Positions 24,279 to 37,277 of a stretch of 64,000 nucleotides of DNA are shown here, in pieces. Each line of letters begins with the position of its first letter. Position 1 is the stretch's first letter. Both the position numbers and the translations under genes were made by a program. The notes under the pieces were generated by a model. That model was not told where the DNA came from. It saw only the letters and a list, made by a program, of their open reading frames with translations, and did not search any database. This DNA comes from Chlorokybus atmophyticus (Eukaryota > Plantae > Mesostigma and Chlorokybus algae): the NCBI GenBank assembly GCA_009103225.1, contig RHPI01003599.1, forward strand, positions 124,001-188,000, given 5' to 3'.

Positions 24279-27200
24279 TTAACTCTGTACCGCCTGCGCT
24301 TGCGTGTTTTGTGTCAACTGCGCATCAATGCCCATAAAACCCATTTGCGCCCCATCACTCAACTCAACAACACGAACTCGTCTTCTCTTCCGCCTGCCTC
24401 TACCCTCGCAGCCTTTTTCCTCACTACGTAGGCTCGCCCCCGCATCCTCATCTTCCACAACTTGATCGCAACCATTGGGAATGGTTGTCGCTGCAACATC
24501 ATCAGTATCACCTGCCACAGCGTCGGCTTTGCTGTCCCTTTCATCGAATATGCGCTTAATCTGTTCCGGTAAAGTGTCCGCAACATTACCGTCAACAGCA
24601 ACATCTGCAGGCACAGACGCCTGCGAGTAAACAGTGCGAGTAAGCACACAACATGCCTGTAGGGCCAAAATGCTGTCAGCGCAGCAGTCAACAGAGACTA
24701 AACTAATGATAACAACAATGCGTAGAGTCACGTGGCGAACAAAACACACCTCTTCAGCATGTGGGCGGGTTTCCTCCTCCTTGTTTGCTAACTCAAAACC
24801 AAACAATGAAGCCAACAACTTGTACAGCGTCGAGCGTTTGTCTACAATCTCCTGAGTCTTGAACCATGTTCTGTTGACCTGCGCACCGGACGTCAGGTTG
24901 AGTAACACTGAGATTTCATCCCATAGCCATACAACTTTCAATTAGTATGAAACAAAAATACTGATCGTACCATGCTTGTGTCCAGGTTGAACCTCTTCGG
25001 CGCATTGCTTGCAAACAGCTCCATGTAGTGCAGCAGGAAGAGGCCACAATCGTACTCGTTGTCTTGCTGAGGCACCTACAGTACACAGGAGCAACATGGT
25101 AGAATATTTGACAACAGAGGACATTGTCTCTGATTCCGAGCCGAGTGTACAATACCTGAGCTTTAACAAAAGGCAGAGTCTTTTGAACAAACTGTCTGTT
25201 TTTTTTGCTGCTGTTGGCAGCAACACTGTTCTCATCATTCAACCTGTGCGCCCACTCATTCTCCAGATACCTAAACAGACATGTACACGTATACACATTG
25301 TTGGCTGACATGTGTTGCCGTACACACCAGCAAAAGCTGCACTCAAACCAGACAAATACCCGCGTAGATAGCGGCTCAAGATGTTGCCGTCGTGGCCGCT
25401 CTTCATGCTGTCCAGATGAAGAATGCACGACGCTGTTTGCTCTTTGGGATCATCGCTGTCACAGAGCCCGGGATGGCAAATGATGGCTAAGCTCCAGTGC
25501 AACCTGTCAACAGACAGCAGCAATAGGCATCAATACTTGTTAGAAACGTGGTCGTACATGTGCGTGTGTTTGCACACGCGCACGCGCGCACAGACACACA
25601 CACGAACATGCAAGAACTTGCAAACCTACCCGCCGTGAATGGGCATAAACAGGTAGTCCTTAGCGAATATATCTACAGACTTGGTCCAGTTCTTGACCCT
25701 ACTGTGCTGGCGCTTGCGCGGCGTCAATGTGGCACCGCTTTTTGTGTCATTCTGCCAAACAAGATATGAGTAACAATTAATGTGTTCTTGACACAAATGG
25801 ACTGATACGCGAAATAGCGGATGCTGACAAAGAATGGCACCTGTAATGTGCGTTCGCTCAGCTTCTTGAAAAAGAAGCTGTTGAAAAAATGAAACCGTCG
25901 CTGCTGTTCAGGCTCCAGGTGCTGTTGTATATACCTGCAAACATGAGAACCGCTCACCAACTACTACTCCACGCGTGCGACAACCGAAAGTAAGCAAGAA
26001 CACATGCAACCGTGTTGAGGTGCACTCACTTTATGTACATATCAATGATGGTGTCGTTGAGAAACTCGCAAGGTCCGAGTCGATCCAAGTCTTCCCCTCG
26101 CACTTCTACAGCGTACGGGTCTTCACGGCCAGGATAGAGCACGACGCGATTCTGCAGGCTGAAACAGAACACGTTTCACCTCAATCTATAGCGCATGTTG
26201 TGTTTCAAATTAATACAAACCACACATGCACGTATGCATATCCCGACTTACCTACGGCGCAGCGTGCTGCGAAGTGCCATGCTGTGCTGGTTGTTGGGAT
26301 TGGTGTTGGTGTTAATGTCGGTGTTGGTGTCAACGTCAGTGTGCGCAGGAGCGTCTTGTGTGGGTGCAGCTGAACCCGGTTTGCAATCCTCATCATCCGA
26401 AACCAGATCCAAGGCTTCCGTCTACACACAACACGTAGAACTTGCAACCGGGTTGCCAAGAGCACACAACTACAACACAGCACTGTCTGTAACTTGATGT
26501 GCACATGTGGCAGAGCACGTGTGTGCATGCATGCGCGTGTGCATGTGCATGTGCATGTACACATGTATGTTTGCAATCACCTGCAAGTTCTTGACCACTT
26601 CCTCCTTCTGTTGGTGTTTTCTCAAGCGCCGCCTGTGATACACAACCGGAGCCGACTGCGGCTGCTCGGCCCCGCTGTCGTCCCTCTGCCTAGTGTTGGC
26701 TTCCCTGCAAGCACACGCAATTGTCAACACACCACGCAAGGTGCAACCAACCACGCTACAGTTGCAGCTACAGCTGCATACTCCTGTTTAGTATTGAGTG
26801 CGTGTGCAAAACGCATGTGCAACCACACACCAAACCACCTACCTGCAATCGTCACACATCAACTTCGAGGTGTCCAACTTGGAATCTTTCACTGTCCACA
26901 GATCGATGGCATCCTTACATTTGCAGCAGCGCAGACCTGCAGACATGTGACAATCTGCTCAATCCTGTGCTTGTGTACATGCAACACATCAGCAATCATG
27001 TGTTTCCGGTTGGTCACCTTTCTTCTTCTTTGGTTCTGTGACAGTTCTTGGGCGGCGAATAACTAATGGAACACGTACTGACTGCGTTTGCATTGCAGGA
27101 GGTGCACTCGCCGGCGTACGCGATGGCGCCTGCATTAAGAGTTAGTTAGTTTAGTCATCATGCGTGCGCGTGTGCATGCAACACACATCACACAATAGCT

Positions 27201-28483
27201 TAAGGGTAAAAATCACAAGCCATACCGGTCTGAAGTCTTGCACGTTGCCATAGTTGTCGTTCCTCGTCCTGGGAGTATCGCTGCGCGGGTGCATCGCATT
27301 GCTGGTGGAGGCGGTTTGAGCTGCTTGTGCAAATGCGCACATGCACAAAGAATACAAGTCAACACCAACACATGTGACAGATAGTATGTAAGAAAACGTG
27401 CTGAGCGACATGAACCTTTCGGGGTGGGCATGTTCTCGTTCACTGCCTTGGCAAGAGCTGCTGCCATCATGGCTGCGCCAGTGGAACGCTTCGTCGTCGC
27501 CAGGGTGGGAGGTGCCATTGCTGGGCGCGTGGGTGCCATGCAGATGGACCTCACACGATTGTCAACCACAGCCCGCTGCACAAGAGAGAACTTGTTGAGT
27601 ACAATAACAGGAACTCTGACTGGATGCATAGTTACTGCTCTTGCATATTCTGCAAAGTACATGCACACATACAACTGCAAGGACATGCACACACGCATGC
27701 GCGTGCGCATACACCTGCGCGCACACATGCAATTATGTGCATGCACGCGCAGGCGCGAGCACATGTACGCGTGTGTGCGTACATGCACACGTTGCAACTT
27801 GCATAATGCCATTGTGTAAGCGACTGTGGCGTAATTACATCGTCATCATCCGATGCGCAATGCTTGGCGCCTCCATTGCCTGAATGGTCCTGCTTTCTGG
27901 ATCCACGCGCAGCCTAGCAAGCATATACATGTAAAGCAACTAGACACGACACAACTGTGGCATAATGCCGAGAGCCAATCTTGACACAAATACGCACATT
28001 GGTAAGAGCATCACGCTCAAGCTGATCCTTTCTTCGCAATTCATCATCTGCCGCTTTAAGCTCCTTCCAAACCGCAACCTCCTGCTCTAGTTCCTTGACC
28101 TTGGCTAGCAGCTTAGCACCGCCGTCATTTGATAAGAGCTTTCCGTCCCTTGTCTGCTCAGAGAATCCAACGGAAGCACGCCTCAGCACTGGAAAGTTAC
28201 AAGCACGCTACCACCTTGCCAGCTGTCAAGCAAGCAAGCAAGGCCTTGCAGCAAGGGCTGAGGGTCGCGCAGGCAGGCTTACCTTCCTCAAGAGCTCGCG
28301 GTATTTTATCAGGTTGGCCTCTGCTTCCTTCAGATCCTTCAGCGTCATAGCTGGCTGGCCTGCGGCGATCGTGCCTGCCCGTGCTGGCTTCGTAGAGCAG
28401 AAGGCGGCGGCGGTGTTGGCGGCGGCATGGCCGCCATTCGCCAGGTGGTGGGCGCAGGTGCTCGTATTTTGAAAAGCCGACAT
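24279..28483 (-). CDS. SUMO-specific cysteine protease, ULP2/OTS/SENP6-7 type (C48 peptidase) with a long N-terminal region; many exons
   Basis: Spliced motifs: EFLNDTIIDMYIKYI, FHFFNSFFFKKL, WTKSVDIFAKDYLFMPIHGG, LHWSLAIICHPG (catalytic His), ILHLDSM (Asp), VPQQDNEYDCGLFLLHY (Cys). The ATG at 28483 and some N-terminal exon joins are tentative. Confidence 0.9.
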
Positions 28484-31393
28484 GACGCGTGAACCGGATC
28501 CGCTAAGCGGCTTTGGTGATCGGGATTAAAGAATGGACGTTACGCTGTCGACAGGGATCATGGCATCAAAACACACGAGTGACATGACTACCCACTTTTG
28601 CCCAGAAGTCACCAGTGGGCAAAGCCGCACATGTTGATGATACTACTGTTAAGGTATGCTATACGTGGTGCAAATCAACAACTATATCAGATCTAACTCA
28701 ACTATATAGCATACTTGTGCTATCATCTTACGTGTAAGTATCTGAATATTCATGGAAGGAAGTAAAGTTTATGGAGTTAAAAAACGTGATTGAAGATGTT
28801 TATGAGTGTACAGTAATGCATCATATCAGATATTTCGTGCAACTTCAACTGTGAACAAGCACATAAGCACATAAAAGCCGACATGACACTGAACCGAATT
28901 TGCTAAGCTAGTTGAGCAATCAAGCCCGCAAGCTGAATCCGGATGTGTCATAATTGATTGATTGATTTATTTTTATTATGTATTTGTGTACATGATAAGC
29001 AAAGCAACACTGCATGCATGCAAGATGTGTGCCACCTACTTTTTACATATGAGTCGCAAGTTACTCAACCAGTGACTTAACGCCTATCTGTGGGCTATAG
29101 AAGATACAGGAAGTGCACAACTCTACCACCGCCCTGCCTTACTCAACATGCATTCAAATGCATTGCGTGGTGCAGTAGAAGCACGAGGGGTTTGCATACT
29201 GCAGGTTCATGTAAGAACATTTACCTTTCATCTATGTAATGTATTTATGCGGCTTTATGGTTGCTATGTTCCATATGTTATCACATAACATCATCACAAT
29301 CTCATGAAATATATGTACCATGCTTTTCTACAAACTTTATAAATTGTTCGATTCCTCAAGAATGATGACAAAAGGTGTTATCTTTATTTATGCGCCCATG
29401 TCTTCTGTAGACCATATGGTCTACACAAGGCATACATATTTGATCAATGATATATATACTTGACTAACCCTGCAAAAGGTAGTTCACGTTGACAATACAC
29501 GATGCGATGCATGAATTGCTCAATTGCAATTTACACAGATTGTCATATGTGAATAAAGGGGGGACTCACAGAACGTCACATGTTGCATATCCCTTTTCAA
29601 TGGTGGGTCACCATAAACCGGTAATAAATCACGCCACTTGTGCATGTGACACAAGCTTTGACACACGGATTTGTGACGAAACCATAGCATAATAGTATGT
29701 TCTGGTAAAGTTTATACATGGCCTGATATTCACGCCGCTGCCATCATGATGCTCTCTTTCCACTACCATTCATCACAGTCAGCACATGCATCCTCCCTTT
29801 CATGTGCCTATTAAACTTGCAGTGCGGTGGTAAGGAGCGTATAGGTTGACCAAGTATTGCTGATGCACAAGAGCACACCCAACCATATAAACATAGTGCT
29901 ACATCATATGTACGATAGTGGTTGGACTTAACGTGGTAGTTTGGCTGGTGTACAACATATAGGATGTGCCATGCTTGAGAGCGTCACATTCATGCTAACA
30001 ATCAGCACACTACACCATGACTCTTACATTCACCACTAGGTTGACCAGCTAGTTGCTACCTACCTACCTACCTTCACTATTGCCCCGTGTACCCCGTGAC
30101 ACACACGCATGCATGTCCTGCATTTGATGTACACATGCATGCATGTACTTGCAATTACCTGTGTCAATTACAGCAGTAGCGCTAGCAATGGCAGTAATGG
30201 CGCAGTGCGGTGCGTGTGCAGCAGCGTGCAGCGAATGCCACCCTCCCCCTCTGCCTCTCCCTCCTCCACCCCTTCCCTCTCTCCACACCGCCCTCTCTCT
30301 CTCTCCCTCCGTCTCCTCGCACCTGTCGCTGACATTGCAACCCTTATCCTCAAGAATTCATTAGGCGGGGCCCCTGTTTGGTAAGTTAGAGGCTGGCAGC
30401 GGCGCTCTGTGACGCGGGATGCCGTGGTAGGCTGATAGCTCCCTCTTGTCGTACAATTTGGTACAGATGCCATCCGAGGTCTGAAATACGGACAAGTCTA
30501 AGAATGCGGTCCTTCCCCTTTTCTGTGATGTCGAAGATTACACTTCCATGTACAGTGGTTTCTTTCCTCCCATGACTACACATGAATTGTACAGAAGTTG
30601 GAAGTATCAGTATGTGCGTTGCCAGCGTTGAAGCTGCCAGCCGAAGTCTGACATGATGTGCGTTTGACACCAATCCATTCAACATGTGTGTGCGTTGCAG
30701 GCATGTCGCCTGCTTGCAGCTGTCGTCTTCTTACCTCTCCTCCCCCTTGCGCCCCTCCTTCTTTGCCCAGGTACCACTTGGCGCAACTCTAGCCCTCCCT
30801 CACCTTCCCCTGCCTGGTCTTGCCTAGTTGTTCTGCACGCACATAGGAACCCAGCCCTTAGCTAGTTGTGCTGCTTGCTTGCTTGCTTGCTTGCGCTGTT
30901 GATCAATGCTGTATGCTTTGCCTTGTCCTGTTTGCTCTGCTACTGGCTGGTTACCTCAAAACTATACCCTATGTGTATAAAAGATCCAAACAGATGGAAT
31001 ACATGCACACATGCATCAGTGAGCATGAGCATGCGCATTGGAAATTGCAGTTATGGAGGGGAGGCCTCCTTGCATCAAGAGTTAGATGAGTCAATGACAC
31101 CCAGACATTGGCACGACCATGCCCAACATAGACGCCGCCACGCTCTTCAGGTATGCAATATGCTGAACATGGGTAGTTCGTTGACTGCGTAATGACATGC
31201 TCAGGCTTAAGTATAGCATACAGCAAGATGTCCACTCACACAGCAGGCACAGTGACCTGCACGACAATGCACACAACAATGCGCTCATCGCAGGTGCTAA
31301 CTACACCATGCAACACAGCCAAAGTCCTGGCAGTTAAACACATAAACAATCCTCTCCTGCTGTACGTTAACACACAAGGCTCACGGTCTCTCC

Positions 31394-33338
31394 TCACTTG
31401 TATACTGTCAGCGCAACCTTGCCGATCGCCCGCCGCTCTTCCATAATCGCATGAGCCTCTGGCAGCTGTTACCAAGTACCATGCAATCAATGCCCACCAT
31501 CCGTCTTTGACAACGAGACATGCAGCCATGTCTGCATTACAATGGAACCCCCTTACCACCCTACCTGAGTCCAGAAGTCAAGCGTTTGTGTCACTGTCGG
31601 CTTAATCTTCTCCTCCTTCACGAGCTGCCTCAACTTCTCAAGCATCAAACCCTGCCTGGCCTGGTCTGGCCCGCCCAAGATGGGCCGCAAGAACACGTAC
31701 TCAAACGTCACCGTCTGCCTCTGCCTGAACATCCCGCTGACGTCCAGCGGCTTTTCCCTCCCCAAAATACTGCATACACATATAACAGCGATGAACAGAC
31801 TCCACTTTCTGTGTGCATGTGAAAGCATGTCTGCTCACCTCACAACGCTGCCAAAGGGGCTGAGAATGCCAATAAGCTCTTCCAGGAAGTCGTCGGGTTT
31901 GGCGGTGTTGAGGATATAGTTGACATGGTCGGTGCCAATCGAGTCCGTCAGCTGGGACTTGAGAGGCCAATAGTGATTAACGATGCTGTCGGCGCCAAGC
32001 TTGCGTGCAAACTCCTCGCTCTCCGAGCGCGAGGCCGTGGCCACCACTTTGTAGTTCAGAATCTGTGTGTTATGATTGAATCAATGCGAACCTGGTATAG
32101 TGATTCCGAGTTAAGAGTTCACTACCTACCTTTTTGGCAAACTGGATGCCAATCGAGCCAACACCACCTGCGCCGCCAATGATCAGAGCTATGGGCTGCG
32201 GGGGAACCTCTTCATCATTCTCAGATAGTGGTTTTGCCTCATAAGCATCTGCAAGCAGGCACTTGAAGTTTGCATAAGATACAGCTCTTCTGTTGGCTTC
32301 ACCCTGACACCATACACGCATGCAGATTGGCTGCCTTTCAACGTCAACCTGTTTGTAACGTCAACTTAACGTCAAGCACGCCGTTGGCATGCACGCATTA
32401 AACAAATGAAAAGAAGGCAACATGGTATGCATCCGCCAGGCATGCAAGGTGAAAGTAACAGTCTTACCGGTTTGAAGCTGCTCACAAAAAGCTTCCCACA
32501 CAGTGAGAGACACCAAAGGCAAGGAGGCGGCCTCCTCCCAGCTGATGTTCTCTGGCTTGTGACCGACAATCCGCTCATCGATGGCAATATAATCCGCATT
32601 CTGTTGGCCAAAGAGATATTTTCACAGCATAACCAGTACTAACAGGCGCGCACATACACATTCGCACGCATACACATGCACGCTTCCGCACCGAGCCTTG
32701 GCGGTCTGGATTTCCACAGAAGTAGACCTCATCCCCAACGCGGAACTTTTTCACATCGCTGCCAACGTCCTCGACAACGCCAGCACCATCGTAGCCAAGG
32801 ATCCTCACCTTCTCACCCTCAGGAGGCCTGCATGTATGCATGCATGTCCAACAGCAGTCACAGTTGAGTGGTGCAAGGAGGTGAGCACTCACGGGGAGCT
32901 GCGCAAACGGACGTCAACAGGGTTCACAGCGACGGCGTAGACCCTGACTAGAAGGTCTCTGGGCTTAGGACGCGGCACGGGCAGCTCTATCACTTGAAGA
33001 TTGGAAGCCTTGTTCTCGCCTGATGGGTATGCAGTTTACATGTGCCTACAGGTTGCTCTGCACTCGACTTGCCCACACATAAAAGGTCGATACATTGCTA
33101 CATCTAGATGCAACCAAATTGCATATATGCATACAGACATGCATGCAGTGAGAGCACTGGGAGCACTGCAGGTATGCATGCATGACTGCAAACAACATCA
33201 TCATATGTGAGTACAAACTCATGCACACATGCTGATGCCACCTTGTGAGCCTCTTTCGTGACCAATACGGCAGCCAAAGTGACCGAAACTCCTTGTACCT
33301 TGCAGCACTATGGCTTTCATAGTAGATGGAGGCGCCAT
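31394..33338 (-). CDS. Zn-independent medium-chain dehydrogenase/reductase (quinone oxidoreductase-like, bacterial adh_fam_1 type); 8 exons
   Basis: MKAIVLQG...VYAVAVNPVD...RILGYDGAGVVEDVG...GDEVYFCGNPDRQGSNADYIAIDERIVGHKP...AASLPLVSLTVWEAF...LIIGGAGGVGSIGIQFAK...VVATASRSES...LGADSIVNH...AHAIMEERRAIGKVALTVYK*. Confidence 0.9.
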
Positions 33339-34325
33339 GGCTGTGGTCTGAACCCAGCAAGAAGAACGACAAAGCAGCCGCTACCAAACAGCTTGATGCA
33401 AACAACAAAGGCACACAGCTCTGCTGTAATGCAGGCAACCACCTTGTGCTACAGGAGGAAGTACCCAAGACCAGAGGTTGGCAGGACTCAACTATGCGAT
33501 ACAAACCGCGTTAAACTTCGTGTTGCGGAGTCAGCCAAACCAAGTCCGTGCTGTTCCTCGCAAGGGCATCATCTCCAGCTTGTCAACGTCACTTGACGTG
33601 GCGCTGGTGATGGGCCATCAAATGCTGGACCCATGAGCACAGCTAGCGCCTGACGTCTTGCAGGCTCCATCACGCGGATGGAGACACAATCACTGATGGG
33701 CCTCCACATACTCTCAATCCATAATGACCCTGCCTCTTTCTCGTGCTCAAGAAAGTGCACAACGGGTGAGCCATTACTACCAGTGGTGCCTGCTTTGTGG
33801 CTACGTGTCCAGTCACTGCTATGCACTGCAGAGCTGTCATGCAACCTGAACAAGGAACCTACTTCAAACAAACCACGGTCAATCCACCAGGGGGTTGTTA
33901 TGCCAGCGCACCCGGTTTGTTGCACCCGACGTTGCACCGACCAGTTGGTCACACGCAGTTCTGCATCTGCGTAGTCGTCACTGCAAGCACACATCTACAC
34001 AACAGCAGTGCTACTGTCATGCGCAAAAACAGCTCGTGCATGCACAGCAGATAGCTGTCAGACCCTTGCTGTTACAAGAACCGTCTTGGCAACATCGCTG
34101 CATAGCACCAGTTAAAACTTGGCATGCATGGCAACGAGTGACTTGACATGCAAAGTGGCCAATAGCCTGGCGCTCCTCAACAGCTAGCTAGCCTAACCAC
34201 AACGGCTTCACGAAAACTAACCAACGGTCGCACACCAACAGTGGTGGCCTACAACTCGCAGTTGGCCTACTCTGCACGACACCAAGCATACACAATGCGA
34301 CAGCTTGACGTCGTTGTCGGGCGCA

Positions 34326-36901
34326 TCATCCAGGCGGCGGAGCTGCAGGCCCGTAGTCATACATGTCATCATCCGCTGGAAGCGCGCCACGCAGGTTTGA
34401 GGACCGATCTGCAGGGATGCAATGCTGCACTAGAATCTCAGGGTTGGCGGCATTTGCGGCCAAGCGGTTGAGGATAACGGTGCGGCCACCATCAAGGCGG
34501 AAGGTGATATACTCATCCTGAGACGTGTCCACAACGTCACAAAGGTGGCGCAAGTTGAGAAGGTCCTTCCCGTTGCATGACTCCACACGCACTGTTTGTA
34601 ACTTGTAGCCGAAGTTGATCTCATGGGCAAGCACCTGTGCAGCATAGCAAGTTACAAACAGGTCGCAGCATGCTGTACAATGCTGTGCAAGCGGACATAT
34701 CTAACTGACCTGGAAGAGGACAACAATCTGCTGGTGGGCTGTTTCCCTGTAATCGTTGAAGAGTGCTAGCAGTGAAACTGGGCAGAGCCTTCGCCAGTGG
34801 TTGCCATATGCGTGCTCGACAAACGGCATGCTAAGTGGCACAAACACCAGGCCACCGAAAACAAAGTACGCAGGCCAGCAGTCTACACTATGCTGTGCCG
34901 GCACTAAAGGACGCCTAGCAGCAAGTGTGTAAGTAAGACTCAACTCCTCGCCATCGCGCAACACGCGCACCGCAAGCTCATCGCCGATGAAGTGCTTGCG
35001 AACGATGTGAGACAAGTCTATCCGCTCCTCACCGCGCAGTGGCACGCTGCCATCGTCAGCTATGGCCTGTCCGTCCACAGCCAAAAGAACATCGTGCTCT
35101 TGCAGTATTTTCGACGCAGGTGCGAGTGGGTCTAATGCATAAAGCAGCCCTCCACTGTGGTGAGGCTGCAGGCGGTATCTGCTCCGCAGCCCCACGTTTT
35201 CCAGATCCTGTATGCGAAAACCAGCAGAGCAAACTCCGCGGAACAGTCCATGCACGTCATGCTCCCGCAGAAAGTGTCGCACGACAGGCGTGGGGATAAT
35301 GTAGCCAATGTTATCGGACTCGGTCAGCCTGGAGAATGCGACGCCCGCAACCTGATGCATCTCTGCAGAGGCGCCAACCTGGTGAAACGCAGGTCCCCCG
35401 CTGTTGCCTGGATTGATGGCTGCATCAATCTGCACAGCAAGCAGCTTGTGGCCTTCGTGGCTGTAGCGTCGCATGTCCAACCTGGAAACCACACCCTTAG
35501 TGACTGACAAGGAATCGCCTCCCCTTGGGTACCCAACCTGAGGGAGCACGCTGTCAGCGTGATTGAAACCCACCACATGAACCACTTGCGCTTGGCTACT
35601 ATGATTTTGCAACCAGCCTCAAACGTGACATGGAGGGCGCAAGCAATGAGGCAAGCGCACATCAACAATGCCATGAATGGAAGTGGAAAACTGTACTTAC
35701 CACGAGTACAGCATCTTGCAGCAATGGAAGTTCATCTGCGAGCTGCAAACTTCGTAATCCGCCCCAGAATTCGGGGTCAGACACGGTGACCAGTGCCAGA
35801 TCACAAACGTGTCCGATAGTCAAGACTGCACGCAACAGCTTCATGATGAACTCGAGGTATATTTGTGCGCAACGTTGCCAAGCAGCCTTTCTCACCTTTT
35901 GCTGGATACTGCCATCCAGACATGCAGTCAATGCTGAACGGGCAACTGCCATACCAACACGAACACATGATAACACACACAAGAACTGCACACCTTCTTC
36001 GGTCGCCCCGGCCGCCTCACATGGACGGTGGTGTGGCAGGCTACAACCTGCCAGGAACAGAGGAAGCATTTATGCATGATGGTCCTGAAACAGGTAACCA
36101 GAGTGTGTAACAAAGCAGCACCAGTACTGTACATGGGCATTGGTGAGGATTCTACCGGGCGCAATCACAAAACCGCTGCCAGTTGAGGCACGCTGAGGCC
36201 TCATCTGCCATGGCTGGGCATAATTTGGCTCCGCCTACAAGCACGAAACACAAGAATCACATCACCCTGCTAACTAGACAGCCAATTGCCAACATAGTTA
36301 TCAGACGTGCCTGGCTTGCACACCAATGCTGTTGCAGCCATGCCAGTTGGCTAGTGATCACATGCGTACCTTAACAACAAAGATCTTGACTACGGAGGAA
36401 AAAGCAGTAGCTTTGGCAGCTTCACCTTGAGCACGTTCAGCACCTTGCGTGCCCTGTGAGTATCGTCAATAAAAAAAAAAAGGGAAGGAAAGCAGCATGA
36501 TTAGGGCAACATGGGTTCACCGTGCTGCTCAGCTGCGATTAGGCACACGAGCTGGCAAGCTGAAATTGTCCCCATAACAGCTTCCCACAACTGCTCTACG
36601 AGTGTCCAGTCGCATGTATGCATTGCATGCATGGTGGACACTCGTTGAGCAATTGTCAATCGCAGCACCTACTTTTGCTCCGGATTGCTTGCATTGACAT
36701 AAAACCTCTGTTTGTAAGCAGCAGCTCTAGTCCAAGATGTTTTAGCAATGTTTAGCATCTTAAGCATTGACCAGCAACAGACAATGTGTGCGGCACCTGG
36801 CTGCGCCCAGCAACAGGCTGCGGCTTGGCGCCCGCAGGCTCCTCTTCCAGCACCATGCCATCATTGACGACATCCGGCCTAGCTCCATCCTCTTCCTCCA
36901 T
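34326..36901 (-). CDS. Deg/HtrA serine protease (Deg2/9/10 type: trypsin-like domain plus PDZ domains)
   Basis: SVVKIF, TGSGFVI, ILTNAH|VV (His), GHVCDLALVTV (Asp), VGYPRGGDSLSVTKGVVSR, QIDAAINPGNSGGP (Ser), PDZ region, YFVFGGLVFVPLS, LFQ|VLAHEINFGY. It includes a 13-nt micro-exon at 35896-35908. The start codon is tentative. Confidence 0.92.
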
Positions 36902-37277
36902 GCCCAGCGCCCACCACCACCCCAACCTTCACCGCCGCTGCCGCTGGAACTTGGCAGGAAAACTCTAATCAGCTTCCACGTGGCAGTAAGCAACGTGTCA
37001 ATGCGTTGCATTGGTTACCGCACAAGGACCCACTGCACACACAAGCAGGCGCTTGTGCGGTTGCCGCACAAGCGAGCAGCGTGCGAGTGTGTGAAAATTC
37101 CCAAAAATACATTATGGTACGAGTTTTCTTTCACTGCCTGTTGCTGCCGGCGTGGCTGCGGTCGTCGCCGTCGCCGTCGCCGTCACCGTCAGCGGGTGCA
37201 GCTGCGATGGGGCGTAGGTACGGGTAGATAGAGCCTTCGGCTGCTCCGCCTTCGCCCCCCCGGTGTTCTAAGGTGCA

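Noticed and set aside
30064-30500. Coding exon in the CT-rich, GC-rich patch
   Set aside because: Low-complexity ORFs in several frames with no recognisable motif or consistent splice partners.
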